The notes beneath the pieces are model-generated. The model was not told where the DNA came from and ran no database searches. It saw only the letters and a program-made list of their open reading frames with translations. A DNA stretch of 64,000 nucleotides, taken from an uncultured Ignavibacteria bacterium. Its GTDB lineage: Bacteria > Bacteroidota > Ignavibacteria > UBA10030 > UBA6906. Shown here in pieces: positions 1-9,870 of the stretch (position 1 is the stretch's first letter; every line of letters starts with the position of its first letter). The stretch spans positions 72,604-136,603 of the forward strand of contig CAVPBI010000022.1 in the NCBI GenBank assembly GCA_963701735.1, written 5' to 3'. The position numbers and the translations under genes were made by a program.

Positions 1-1092
1 CGGCTCATCAAGACCCTCATCGCGCCGCTCATCTTCGCCACGCTTGTCGTCGGGATCGCCGGCCACGGGGACCTCAAGCAGGTCGGGCGCATGGGCATCA
101 AGTCCCTTGTCTACTTCGAGGTCATCACAACGCTCGCCCTGCTCATCGGCCTGGTCGCCGTGAACCTCGTGAAGCCCGGCGTGGGCGTGAATCTTCATTC
201 GGTCGCACCTGCGACGGACTTCGCCGGCAAACAGCAGACCTTTTCGGAAGTCATCACGCACATCTTCCCGCAGAGCATCGTGGAGGCCGCAGCCCAGGGC
301 GAGGTGCTGCAGATCGTCGTCTTCACCGTGCTCTTCAGCTTCGGCGTGGCGCTCGTCACCGAGTCGCGCCGGAAGATCATCGTCGACTTCTGCGATGCGC
401 TGGCCGAAACGATGTTCAAGGTCACGGGCATCGTCATGCGGTACGCCCCGATCGGCGTGGGCGCGGCGATCGCCGTCACGGTCGGACACCGCGGGCTCTC
501 GGTCCTTATCAACCTCGGACTCCTTATTCTGACACTGTACGGCGCGCTCATCGCCTTTGTAGTCCTTGTGCTCCTCCCCGTGGCGCTTATCGCCCGCATC
601 CCCATCGGCGCATTCCTCAAGGCCGTCAAAGAGCCGGCGCTTATCGCGTTCTCAACAACGAGCTCCGAAGCGGCGCTTCCGAAGGCGTTCCAGAACATGG
701 AGGCATTCGGCGTCCCGCAGCGCATCGTTGCGTTCGTTCTGCCCACGGGGTACAGCTTCAACCTGGACGGAAGCACCCTGTACCTTTCGCTGGCATCGGT
801 CTTCGTCGCGCAGGCTGCGGGTATCGATATGCCTCTTGAGGCGCAACTCCTCATGGGGCTGACGCTCATGCTGACGAGCAAGGGCGTCGCGGGAGTGCCG
901 CGGGCGTCACTGGTGATCCTCGCCGGGACACTGGCGTCGTTCGGCCTGCCGCTCGAAGGGGTTGCGATCATCCTGGGCGTGGACGAGATTCTGGATATGG
1001 GGCGGACCACGCTGAACGTGGTCGGCAACTGCCTCGCCGCGGCGGTCATCGCCCGGTGGGAAGGCGAACTGGCTCTCAAAGGAACGACATGA
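1..1092 (+). CDS. Sodium/proton:dicarboxylate(amino acid) symporter, GltP/DAACS family (5'-truncated at window edge)
   Basis: The ORF is open from base 1. The translation (RLIKTLIAPLIFATLVVGIAGHGDLKQVGRMGIKSLVYFEVITT...) matches glutamate/aspartate symporter family hallmarks. It is polytopic and hydrophobic, and ends with an ATGA overlap into the next gene. Confidence 0.85.
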   Translation, partial: RLIKTLIAPLIFATLVVGIAGHGDLKQVGRMGIKSLVYFEVITTLALLIGLVAVNLVKPGVGVNLHSVAPATDFAGKQQTFSEVITHIFPQSIVEAAAQGEVLQIVVFTVLFSFGVALVTESRRKIIVDFCDALAETMFKVTGIVMRYAPIGVGAAIAVTVGHRGLSVLINLGLLILTLYGALIAFVVLVLLPVALIARIPIGAFLKAVKEPALIAFSTTSSEAALPKAFQNMEAFGVPQRIVAFVLPTGYSFNLDGSTLYLSLASVFVAQAAGIDMPLEAQLLMGLTLMLTSKGVAGVPRASLVILAGTLASFGLPLEGVAIILGVDEILDMGRTTLNVVGNCLAAAVIARWEGELALKGTT

Positions 1093-2411
1093 CGGCGGAA
1101 TCAATACTCAGGGGCCTGGCAGGTCTGGCGCTGATGGTCGGGCTCGCCTACGCGTTTTCGTCCAACCGACGGGCCATCAGCTGGCGACTCGTTGCGATCG
1201 GCACGATCCTGCAGGTCCTCTTCGCGCTCGTCGTCCTGAACACCGCCGCCGGCCGGAACATCTTCAACTGGATCAGCAAGGGCTTTGTCATCCTCTTCGG
1301 TTTCGCCGCCGAAGGCGCCGCCTTTGTCTTCGGTCCGCTGGGCCGGGGCCCGGGCGCCGACGGGAGCCTGGGCTTCTTCTTCGCCTTTCAGGTCCTGCCC
1401 ATCGTGATATTCTTCGCCTCCCTGATGGCGATCCTCTATTATGTTGGGATCATGCAGCGCGTGGTGCAGGCATTCGCATGGGCGATGGCCCGCCTGCTCG
1501 GGACCAGCGGAGCCGAATCGCTTTCAGTCTCGGCAAGCACATTCATCGGACAGACCGAAGCCCCGCTGGTCATCCGCCCCTATCTCCCGGTCCTCACCAC
1601 CTCCGAGCTGTACACGATCATGGTGAGCGGCATGGCACACATCGCGGGGAGCGTCATGGCAGCCTATGTCACCATGCTCGCCACCGCATACGCCAGGGTG
1701 TCCGGGACTTCCCTCGACGCGGCACAGGTAAACTTCGCCAGCCACTTCCTCGCAGCCAGCATTATGGCAGCCCCGGCCACGATGGTCGTCGCGAAAATGC
1801 TCGTGCCCGAGACGGAGACCCCCGTCACGATGGGGACCGTCAGGCTCAAGATCGAAAAAGGGTATTCGAACATCATCGAAGCCGCCGCCGGCGGGGCAGG
1901 CGACGGACTTCGGCTCGCGCTGAATATCGGCGCCATGCTCATCGCATTCATTGCCTGCATTGCGGTCATCAATTATCTGCTTGGCTGGGCGGGAGACGTG
2001 AGCGGACTGAACGCGACCCTTCGAGCACACTACGCTACCCCGCTCTCGCTCGAACTTCTCTTCGGATTCATCTTCCAGTTTGTCGCATACGCCATCGGCG
2101 TGCCGTGGAGCGATGCGATGCCGGTCGGGAGCCTGATGGGCATCAAGCTGGTCCTGAACGAATTCGTCGCGTACCTGCGCATGGCCGAGACGGTGGCCGC
2201 AGGAACGCTGTCCGAGAAGAGTATCATCATCGCCACCTACGCACTCTGCGGATTCGCGAACTTCTCATCCATCGGCATCCAGATCGGCGGCCTGAGCCCG
2301 CTCGCGGAGAACAAGCGAGGCGACATCGCGAAGCTCGGCCTCCGTGCGGTCCTCGGCGGCACGATCGCGACATGGATGATCGCCTCCATCGCCGGGATGT
2401 TTGTCCCGTAA
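1089..2411 (+). CDS. nupC: Concentrative nucleoside transporter, NupC/CNT family
   Basis: 451-aa ORF. The start was chosen at MTAESIL (1089), which overlaps the upstream stop. Typical CNT membrane topology and C-terminal region (…GIQIGGLSPLAENKRGDIAKLGLRAVLGGTIATWM). Confidence 0.8.
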   Translation: MTAESILRGLAGLALMVGLAYAFSSNRRAISWRLVAIGTILQVLFALVVLNTAAGRNIFNWISKGFVILFGFAAEGAAFVFGPLGRGPGADGSLGFFFAFQVLPIVIFFASLMAILYYVGIMQRVVQAFAWAMARLLGTSGAESLSVSASTFIGQTEAPLVIRPYLPVLTTSELYTIMVSGMAHIAGSVMAAYVTMLATAYARVSGTSLDAAQVNFASHFLAASIMAAPATMVVAKMLVPETETPVTMGTVRLKIEKGYSNIIEAAAGGAGDGLRLALNIGAMLIAFIACIAVINYLLGWAGDVSGLNATLRAHYATPLSLELLFGFIFQFVAYAIGVPWSDAMPVGSLMGIKLVLNEFVAYLRMAETVAAGTLSEKSIIIATYALCGFANFSSIGIQIGGLSPLAENKRGDIAKLGLRAVLGGTIATWMIASIAGMFVP

Positions 2412-2438
2412 CCGACACTCTCTTCTGACGGACGACGC

Positions 2439-4031
2439 ATGAAAGAAGCACCGGGAAGGTACCGCTGGTTTGTGCTCGGGGACTGGAACGGGTTCTTCGG
2501 GCTCATGTTCGACAACCTGACAGTCCTCTCGTTTCTCGCCGGCATTCTGATCTTCGGTTTCGGATACCCCGCGGATATCGTGTACACGCGCATGTTCCCG
2601 GGCACCGCATTCGGTGTCCTGTTCGGCGACCTCGTGTATACCTGGCTCGCCTTCAGGCTCGCAAAGCGCACCGGCAGGCAGGACGTCACCGCGATGCCGC
2701 TCGGGCTCGACACGCCGTCCACGATCGGGATCGCGCTCGTCGTGCTGGGGCCCGCCTTCCTCGGCCTCAAGAACGAGGGGATGAACGAGCGGGACGCCGC
2801 GATGATGACCTGGTACATCGGGATGGCGACGATGGTGTTTATCGGGATCATCAAGGTCGTCTTTTCGTTTCTCGGACAGTGGGTGCAGAAAATTGTCCCG
2901 CAGGCAGGCCTCCTGGGATCGCTGGCCGGCATCGGTCTGGCCCTGATCGGACTCATCCCGCTGATTGACATCTTCGGCATGCCGCTCGTCGGGATCGTCG
3001 CGCTCGGCATCATCTTCTATTCGCTTGTGGCGGAGATCCATCTCCCGCGGCGGATTCCGGGAGTGCTGGCATCCGTCGTCATAGGCACCACGCTGTATTA
3101 TTCGCTGGGGCCCACAGGCCTTATCGGCGGCACATTCGCGGGTTTTCCGTCGCCGGATCTGCATTTCGGGCTTCCCCTCCCGACGCTCGGATTCATCGAG
3201 GGAATGGGGAGGGCACTGAACTACCTCCCGCTCGCAATCCCCTTCGGGATCCTGACGGTGGTCGGCGGGATCAACGTGACGGAGAGCGCCAGAGTTGCCG
3301 GGGACGACTATAATACGAAGGAGATTCTGCTCACCGAGGCGGTGGCGACGCTCGTGGCGGGGGTCTGCGGAGGTGTCGCACAGTCAACACCGTACATCGG
3401 CCAGCCGGCGTACAAGCGGATGGGTTCGCGTGCCGGGTACACGCTGCTGACCGGCATCTTCATCGGGCTGGGGGGAATGCTGGGGTTTGTCTCGTTCTTC
3501 GTAGAGTTGATACCGAGGGCCGTGCTTGCGCCGATCCTTGTGTTCGTTGCGCTGGATATCGTGGTCCAGGCGTTCCTGGCTACCCCGCCCAGGCATGCCC
3601 CCGCCGTTGCATTCGCGCTGTTTCCTACGGTCGCGCGACTGCTCTCCATCAAGCTCGGTAACCCCGAGATCGTTCCATCGGAGATCTTCACGCGGTTGAT
3701 GAATGTGGACGGGAAGGGATTGCCGGAAATGCTGATCACGATCGCCCTGGGGAACGGGTTCATCGTGACGGCGATGCTCTGGGGCGGGTTTCTTGCGGAG
3801 CTTATCAATCGGCGGTTTGGAGCGACCGCGATCTATCTGATCATCCTCGCAGTCTTCTCATTCTTCGGCGTTGTCCACTCGGCCCTGCCTGACGGCTCGA
3901 TGTATTTTCCCTGGACGCTCGACGGGCTGGCGAAACAGGTCCCCTATCAGTTTGCCTTCGCCTACCTGGTGCTCGCAATCCTGTTCATGGCCCTTTCCCG
4001 AACAGGCGGCGCCCGCCAAGCGGCGGGATAA
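2439..4031 (+). CDS. Polytopic permease, possibly nucleobase transporter (NCS2/AzgA-like); family assignment tentative
   Basis: 530-aa hydrophobic ORF immediately downstream of nupC on the same strand. A GGINVTESARVAGDDYNTKEILLTEA segment is reminiscent of NCS2 permeases. No closer recognition is possible by eye. Confidence 0.55.
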   Translation: MKEAPGRYRWFVLGDWNGFFGLMFDNLTVLSFLAGILIFGFGYPADIVYTRMFPGTAFGVLFGDLVYTWLAFRLAKRTGRQDVTAMPLGLDTPSTIGIALVVLGPAFLGLKNEGMNERDAAMMTWYIGMATMVFIGIIKVVFSFLGQWVQKIVPQAGLLGSLAGIGLALIGLIPLIDIFGMPLVGIVALGIIFYSLVAEIHLPRRIPGVLASVVIGTTLYYSLGPTGLIGGTFAGFPSPDLHFGLPLPTLGFIEGMGRALNYLPLAIPFGILTVVGGINVTESARVAGDDYNTKEILLTEAVATLVAGVCGGVAQSTPYIGQPAYKRMGSRAGYTLLTGIFIGLGGMLGFVSFFVELIPRAVLAPILVFVALDIVVQAFLATPPRHAPAVAFALFPTVARLLSIKLGNPEIVPSEIFTRLMNVDGKGLPEMLITIALGNGFIVTAMLWGGFLAELINRRFGATAIYLIILAVFSFFGVVHSALPDGSMYFPWTLDGLAKQVPYQFAFAYLVLAILFMALSRTGGARQAAG

Positions 4032-4084
4032 TCTCGACTGCTGCAAGATATCCCGCCGACGGGTAGGTCCTTCCTCCCGCGCGA

Positions 4085-4648
4085 TTACTTTCCCTGCGGA
4101 GGAAACTGCTCGAGGATCATCCTGGCGACCTCGTCCGCCTTGGCCTGGCCTTCCACCGGGTCCTTTGGCGGATCAACCGTCCCTTTGCCAACACCGCGCC
4201 AGATCATCTCGAAGGCTTCGCCCTTCTTCTGAATGAAATCGATGAAGATCGAACCCTCGGTGTAATAGCTCACGTCCGTGGTTCCACCCATTCCGCCGTA
4301 CCCTCTGCCGTAACCGCCGTACATTCCTCCGTAGCCGTACCCGTAGGAGGTTACGTTGACCTTGTCCTTCGTGCCGGCATGGACTGCCACGTAGAAGTCC
4401 GGATCCCCGCTCTCGAGCTTGCTGAATCCCTTCGCGGCCAGGGCCTTGTCCACGGCGATCATCGCACGCTTTTGGAGAAGCGGCGCCTTTTCAAGAGCGT
4501 CCTGGGTCCCCTGCATCTTGACCCATTGATAGCTCTTCAATCCGGTGAAGTTGGCCGAAGGATCGTAGTCGGACGTGACCGAGACAGATGAGCATCCCGC
4601 AAGCGCCACCAGCGAGAAACAAAGGAGAACAAACGACATGTGCCTCAT
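4085..4648 (-). CDS. DUF4136-like lipoprotein with a Gly/Tyr-rich low-complexity segment
   Basis: Start at MRHMSFVLLCFSLVALAGCSS (lipobox LAGC). Contains a GYGYGGMYGGYGRGYGGMGG tract. A paralog lies at 56878-57543. Confidence 0.65.
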   Translation of the reverse strand: MRHMSFVLLCFSLVALAGCSSVSVTSDYDPSANFTGLKSYQWVKMQGTQDALEKAPLLQKRAMIAVDKALAAKGFSKLESGDPDFYVAVHAGTKDKVNVTSYGYGYGGMYGGYGRGYGGMGGTTDVSYYTEGSIFIDFIQKKGEAFEMIWRGVGKGTVDPPKDPVEGQAKADEVARMILEQFPPQGK

Positions 4649-4802
4649 AACTGCCTCTATAATAATGGGAATGTGAGAATCTTCGCCTCTATCTACGTAC
4701 GTTCCAGATAGCACTGCCACAATCCACCATAAGGATGAAAGATGGATTACACCCCCCTCCTCCCATGATCGCAACGATGGGCGGCCTGGGGGCGCCGGCA
4801 CG

Positions 4803-6039
4803 TCAGACCTCTTTGGGAACCGTCCTGACCCACGTGCCGAACTGCTTCAACTCCTCCATGCGGCACGACCAGACCAGCTGTCCGTTCCAGACAGTAATAT
4901 CAGGGCAACCGTCGCACATGTTCTGGTAGCCGTTCGGCAGGAAGTCCACCGGCTGGATGATCATGACCGTCTGGTAGTGCAGTTTCTTGAACAGACGCGC
5001 GGGGTTCGTGAGGGCCGAGCGGAAATAGCGACCCGCCGTCTGTCGCATCGGCTTGTCGATCGGGGAGAAGAGCATCATCGATCGCCCCTTCGCCGTCCAT
5101 TTCGGCGACGCGTACGCCAGGTATTTTCCATGGAGCAGATGGTGCCCCGCCTGGACGGCTTCCAGCAGCTTCGGCCCGACATACCCGTAGATCTTCTCCC
5201 TCGTCCCCACCCGTCCCGTCAGCAGCCATTTGAATGTGTCGGCGGCTTCCGAGCCGTTCAGGTATGCGCTGGGGGAAAAGTCGGGGAACCGCTCGCGGAT
5301 CTTCGCCACCACCTCAGGCGCTTTCAGATCGATCTTCCTCTTCCCTTCCTCGCTGTAGTGCAGCTCATCCGTCCGGATCCTGGTCCCGCCGGCGTACCAG
5401 TCGAACGGGAGCTGCGGCACCGCGGCGCGGAACAGGATGAAGACCATCACCTGGACGATGTCGATGTGTTTGGCAGCCCAGTCCACCATCTCCGGAACAT
5501 ACTGGAGCGTGTCCTCATACACCGTCGAATTGAAAGCGCACGAGATGTTGCCCGCCTCGGCAAGCATTTCAGCGTACTGCAGCCGCAGCTCGTTCAGCTC
5601 CAGCTCGTTCTTGTTCTTCCATTTCGGCCGCCCCTGCTTGCTGTCGATATGGAAGGTGAAGCCCATGACCCCCGCCTTCTTGAGCTCCCGGAGAAGCTCC
5701 TTTGTCAACGCGCCGCCGTTCGTGTTGATGATCGCCTTCATGCCGGCGTCGTTGACGGCCCTGACAATCTCGACGATCTCGGGGTGCATGAGAGGGTCGC
5801 CCCCCGCAATGGACACCCCGTCCGCGTTGCGCAGCCGCTTGAACACCTCGAGTCTCCTGCCGCACCACATCCATCGTCTTGTGGCTGTTCGGCACGTTCT
5901 CGCGGTAGCAGCCGTCGCACGCGAGGTTGCAGGCCGACGTGGGTTCAAGCCAGGAAATGGCATTGTCTGGCAGGGACCACGGTAGCCGGTACAGTTTTCG
6001 GTGGTCGAGACCGTTGCTCTGTTGCAGGGGAGCCGTCAT
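4803..6039 (-). CDS. Radical SAM enzyme, HpnH-like (adenosylhopane synthase family); reading frame disrupted near 5855
   Basis: The N-terminal ORF (5569-6060) carries CNLACDGCYREN, a CxxxCxxC motif. The downstream ORF (4803-5963) has VSIAGGDPLMHPEIVEIV, which resembles the HpnH segment VSIAGGEPLLHKEMPEIV. The two frames join at about 5850-5860. Confidence 0.7.
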
Positions 6040-6138
6040 GGATATCCTCGTATCATACATGAATACTGTTGGTGTCGAACTTCATGGCGCCTGCAGCTTC
6101 AGGATGCGTGCCTTCTCGCGCGGCAAACCACAACTAGC

Positions 6139-6669
6139 TCATAGCATGAAGTTGTAGCCGAGCGTGAACGAGAACGCATTGAGGTCCGGATCGAACAGCA
6201 TGTAGCGTACGCCGACCTCGAAGCCGGACTTCTGATATCCGATGCCGATGGGGAGCATGAACCGGCTCGTGTTGCCCTTCGCGCCGGCAACAACGCCCTC
6301 ATAGGTATAGTCGATGAAATACAGCCCGGCTTCCAGGCTCCCGTAGAAACCTTCCGCCAGATACTGCTTCCCGCCCAGGAACAGGCTGAACGCCGCCGGT
6401 TGGATCGACGTGTTCGCCGAGAGATCCTTCGCCGTCCATGCCAGATACCCCGCCGTGGCGGTGAATACCGTCGTGGCGCTGTACCCCATCTGGTACCGGA
6501 TGTTCCCGCCGTATCCGGTCCCGGCGATGTCGCTGAAGTCTCCCATGGGCAACGAAATCTCGAAATTCGCTCCGAGCGAGTGCTTGTTCCACCCCGGCTC
6601 ACCCTGGGCAAAAGCCAGCACGGGGAGGACGATCGCACAGAGAACGAGAGCAACAATGTGTCGCTTCAT
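6139..6669 (-). CDS. Small outer-membrane beta-barrel protein (OmpW/porin-like, PF13505-like)
   Basis: Signal peptide MKRHIVALVLCAIVLPVLAFAQG. Alternating hydrophobic beta-strand pattern. C-terminal …GYNFML. Confidence 0.7.
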   Translation of the reverse strand: MKRHIVALVLCAIVLPVLAFAQGEPGWNKHSLGANFEISLPMGDFSDIAGTGYGGNIRYQMGYSATTVFTATAGYLAWTAKDLSANTSIQPAAFSLFLGGKQYLAEGFYGSLEAGLYFIDYTYEGVVAGAKGNTSRFMLPIGIGYQKSGFEVGVRYMLFDPDLNAFSFTLGYNFML

Positions 6670-6747
6670 GACGATGTCCTTGATTGATGACGTGACGAAT
6701 GGACTTCGCGAGCGTCGTTACGAAGACAACCCGGAAGAATGCGAACG

Positions 6748-7224
6748 CTACTTCTTTTCCCCCGAAGCCTTGGGAACCTTCACCAGGGGCACCTGGTCAA
6801 TGATCTGCGCGTCGACCAGCGTCAGCATCTGATTTTCCACCTGGAGAAATCGTGCGGCTGTCACTGTTCCCACCGCCTTCGCGGCCTTCTTATAGTACTT
6901 CTCCAGCAGATCGTTTCTGTCGTTGGCGATGCTGAAGGACTCCTTGACGAGCTCCTCGGCCATCTTCTCGTCAATCTTGTCGTAGTTGGCGGCATATTTC
7001 TTGATCACCGCCATCCGCCTGTCGCCCAGCTTGCTCAACTCAACATCATATTCGCGGTAGATCGGCCAGAAAGCGTCAGCCTGCGCCTGCGTCATCGGGA
7101 CCGACGCCGTTATGATCGCCACCTTCTGGGTCTTGAGATCCTGACGGAGCAACTCAAAAGTATTTTCCTGCGCAAAGGCGGTGGCAGTGATCGATAGCAG
7201 TGCTGCAATAAGAAGTGATCTCAT
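6748..7224 (-). CDS. Periplasmic LTXXQ/Spy-CpxP-like protein (paralog A)
   Basis: Signal peptide MRSLLIAALLSITATAFAQE. Contains MTQAQADAFWPIYREY. Clear paralogy to ORF 57627-58025 (FWPLYREY…; both share a C-terminal …RFxQxE). Confidence 0.6.
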   Translation of the reverse strand: MRSLLIAALLSITATAFAQENTFELLRQDLKTQKVAIITASVPMTQAQADAFWPIYREYDVELSKLGDRRMAVIKKYAANYDKIDEKMAEELVKESFSIANDRNDLLEKYYKKAAKAVGTVTAARFLQVENQMLTLVDAQIIDQVPLVKVPKASGEKK

Positions 7225-8072
7225 CCGTTTCTCCGTACTGTTATGTGTGAATGATTCGACGAGTCAATACCTGCTCTGAGACTGTCGCTCTTCCTCAAGG
7301 TGATTATGCGAAACAGCCGGCGACGGTCGCTCTCGAAGTGATACACCTTCGCCACCTCGATCCGCCTGGCCAGGAAACTGAAGACCGCGACCCCTGCGAG
7401 CACGCCGATGAGCGGGCCTGCCCAGTAGATCCACCACCCATTCCACTGTCAGGATATGACTGCAGGGCCGAGGCTGCGGGCAAAATTTGTGCTGGTCCCC
7501 GATACAGGCGACTCGGCATGCACCATGATGGCGTACAAGAACGGAAACAGCGCAGGGGTATACGGGCGAAGCGTTCGAAATCCAAGAAATATACACAATC
7601 CGGCAATCAATAAGAAGGTGGTAATCGCCTCTCCCATCAACACTTCCGCGGTGGTGTAACCCCCGCCCGGCAATGTCGCCCCGAACGCCACGCTCTGTCC
7701 CATCGATCCCCACAAAAGGAGCGGGACTGACCCTATGATCGCGCCCGCCAGTTGGGCGAGGATATAGCGAATGGCGGTCCGGGATCCCATCTTGCCCATC
7801 ATCCAGAATCCGAATGTCACCACCGGGTTGATGTGCGCTCCGCTTTCCTTTCCGACGGGTGAAATTGCGATCAGCGCGCCCGTAGTGCCGAACAGGAAGC
7901 CGGTGATCAGCCGGCGCAAACCTTCACTGGGTATTGCCTGTGCCCCGGGGCTGCCGGTTCCAAACATCAGAATCACCACCGTCAGCCCGACAAGTACCAA
8001 CAACCCCGTACCCACCAGCTCTGATAGCAGTGGCTGCCAGGGAACCTGCTGGATCTTCTTCTCGCTGATCAT
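7221..8072 (-). CDS. Aquaporin (MIP family) interrupted by an in-frame TGA at 7446-7448
   Basis: SGAHINPVVTFG (NPV variant of NPA box 1) and STNFARSLGPAV (NFA variant of box 2). After the TGA the same frame continues as QWNGWWIYWAGPLIGVLAGVAVFSFLA, a typical aquaporin C-terminus. The true C-terminal end is uncertain. Confidence 0.75.
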
Positions 8073-8082
8073 GAGCAGGTCC

Positions 8083-9555
8083 CTACGTCACGACCGCGAA
8101 GACGTGGAAGCTCCACGGGGGCATGTCAAGATAGAGACCGCGGGACGCGAGATCGCTTCCGTCGCGGTCGTGGCTGTCGGGACCCATGAGGTCCGTGAAC
8201 CGCACCGTTTGACCTGTCAGATCGCAGTCGGGAAGACGGACGTAGCACTGACTCTGGTTCTCCGCGTAGTTCACGGCGACCAGCCATCGGAGGCTATCGG
8301 TGGCCTGCCAGCATGAAGCGATGAAGCAGTCTGATGTCCAGTTCCCTTCCCAGGCCGGTACACATGTGAGCAGATGCCACCGGCCTTCCCGGACGATGGG
8401 CTGCGAGAGCAGCTCCAGGAGCCGGTCGTAAAATTCTTGGAGCGGTTGGTCTGAAGGCTCAAGCGGCGCGCGAACCAGGTGAGGAGAAATCCGCTTGCTC
8501 CGACCGGTGAACTGACCATCATGAAAGAACCGGAGGCCCGGTGAGAGAAAGGTGATGACCGCCGCGGCCTCGTGCTTTTGCCGGGCAAATGTCGCAGCAG
8601 CTCTTGGCTCGTCATGGTTCTCCAGAAACCTGGCTAGCCTGTTCTGGTAGTCGAGACCTGCATGCAAATGCTCACGAACGGGCCGTGCGTGCCCTTCCCG
8701 CAGTCGATCGTAGAGCCGCTTGTCGTACGCGTAATCGAAACCCTCCTGCAACATCCTCCACTCAAGGTCCCAGTAGACCTCGGCCATGAACCGAAACTCA
8801 GGCAGCCGCTCCCGAACACGCCGGATGGCCATCGGCCAGAACGGTTGCGCGCGGCGGCCCCACGTCCGTTCGAAGACTTCAGGCAGGACAAGCATGGCCA
8901 TATCACAGCGCACGCCGTCACACTGCGCAGCAATCTTCAGAAGCTCTCCAGCCATTGCTTCCTGCGTGGCCGGATTGCAGTAGTCCAGTTGCAGCGTGTC
9001 CGGCCAACCCGGAAAGTACGGATCACGCCCGTACGCCAGGACACGATCCCCGAGCTTGCTCCTGGAGAGCGTGTAGTTCGAGGGCGCGCTCGCGAGGTCT
9101 GCTTCGGTTCCGGGGACGAAGTAATCGGGGTGGCTGTCCACCCAGGGGTGGTCCGGCGCCATGTGATTGGGGACGAAGTCGAGCATGAGCTTCAAGCCTC
9201 GCCTCCGGAGCCGCTCGCGGAGGCGGGCGAGCGCCGCGTCTCCCCCTAAGTCCGGATGAACGGTATAGCCGGTTATGGCAAAGCCGGAGCCGGCGATATC
9301 CTCCTCGCGCAGATCTAGCAGCGTTTCCTGAAACTCTTTCCTCCAATCCGCGTTGGTGCGTGACACTCTTCGCCCGGCTTCCCCGGTAGACCAGACGCTC
9401 AGAAACCAGACCCAGTCAAAACCCATGCCGGCCAGGCGGTCCAGGTCGGCATCGGGGATGTCATCCAACGTGGCCTTGCGGCCCAGTGTCCCGGACAACT
9501 CCGTCAGCCAGACGCGTGTGTTGATTTGATACAGGGACGGATACAATGGTTTCAC
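8083..9555 (-). CDS. Glycoside hydrolase family 13 (alpha-amylase superfamily) enzyme
   Basis: 490-aa ORF with the GH13 region-I signature LMLDFVPNHMAPDHPWV, plus the catalytic-region pattern (…GVRCDMAM…, …FLENHDEPR). Confidence 0.85.
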   Translation of the reverse strand: MKPLYPSLYQINTRVWLTELSGTLGRKATLDDIPDADLDRLAGMGFDWVWFLSVWSTGEAGRRVSRTNADWRKEFQETLLDLREEDIAGSGFAITGYTVHPDLGGDAALARLRERLRRRGLKLMLDFVPNHMAPDHPWVDSHPDYFVPGTEADLASAPSNYTLSRSKLGDRVLAYGRDPYFPGWPDTLQLDYCNPATQEAMAGELLKIAAQCDGVRCDMAMLVLPEVFERTWGRRAQPFWPMAIRRVRERLPEFRFMAEVYWDLEWRMLQEGFDYAYDKRLYDRLREGHARPVREHLHAGLDYQNRLARFLENHDEPRAAATFARQKHEAAAVITFLSPGLRFFHDGQFTGRSKRISPHLVRAPLEPSDQPLQEFYDRLLELLSQPIVREGRWHLLTCVPAWEGNWTSDCFIASCWQATDSLRWLVAVNYAENQSQCYVRLPDCDLTGQTVRFTDLMGPDSHDRDGSDLASRGLYLDMPPWSFHVFAVVT

Positions 9556-9684
9556 AATGCTATCATCCTTCGCCTTGGCCTGTGCCCGTCAGTCTTGCGC
9601 TCCGCGGGCCCGGCAACGGTTCATGTGAAAGCGACAACTGTAATGTGTGTGTAGTGAATCCTGCGCATGGCATGGCAACAGAAA

Positions 9685-9870
9685 TCAGCAGGCCTGCTCG
9701 TCCGCCGCCTGTTGCTCCGGCTTCTGATCTTTGGCCGGGAACACGTACATGCCGAGCGCCTTGTTGAGCGAGGCGGTCATTGATGCCGGCTTCGCGGCCT
9801 GATTGTCCTGCGCGTAAGAGACGCCTGCGCAGAGAATGACCACAACGACACAAATGACCAGATGTTTCAT
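9685..9870 (-). CDS. Small secreted protein (61 aa), hypothetical
   Basis: MKHLVICVVVVILCAGVSYAQD signal peptide. Third-codon-position GC about 75%, consistent with coding. Confidence 0.4.
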   Translation of the reverse strand: MKHLVICVVVVILCAGVSYAQDNQAAKPASMTASLNKALGMYVFPAKDQKPEQQAADEQAC

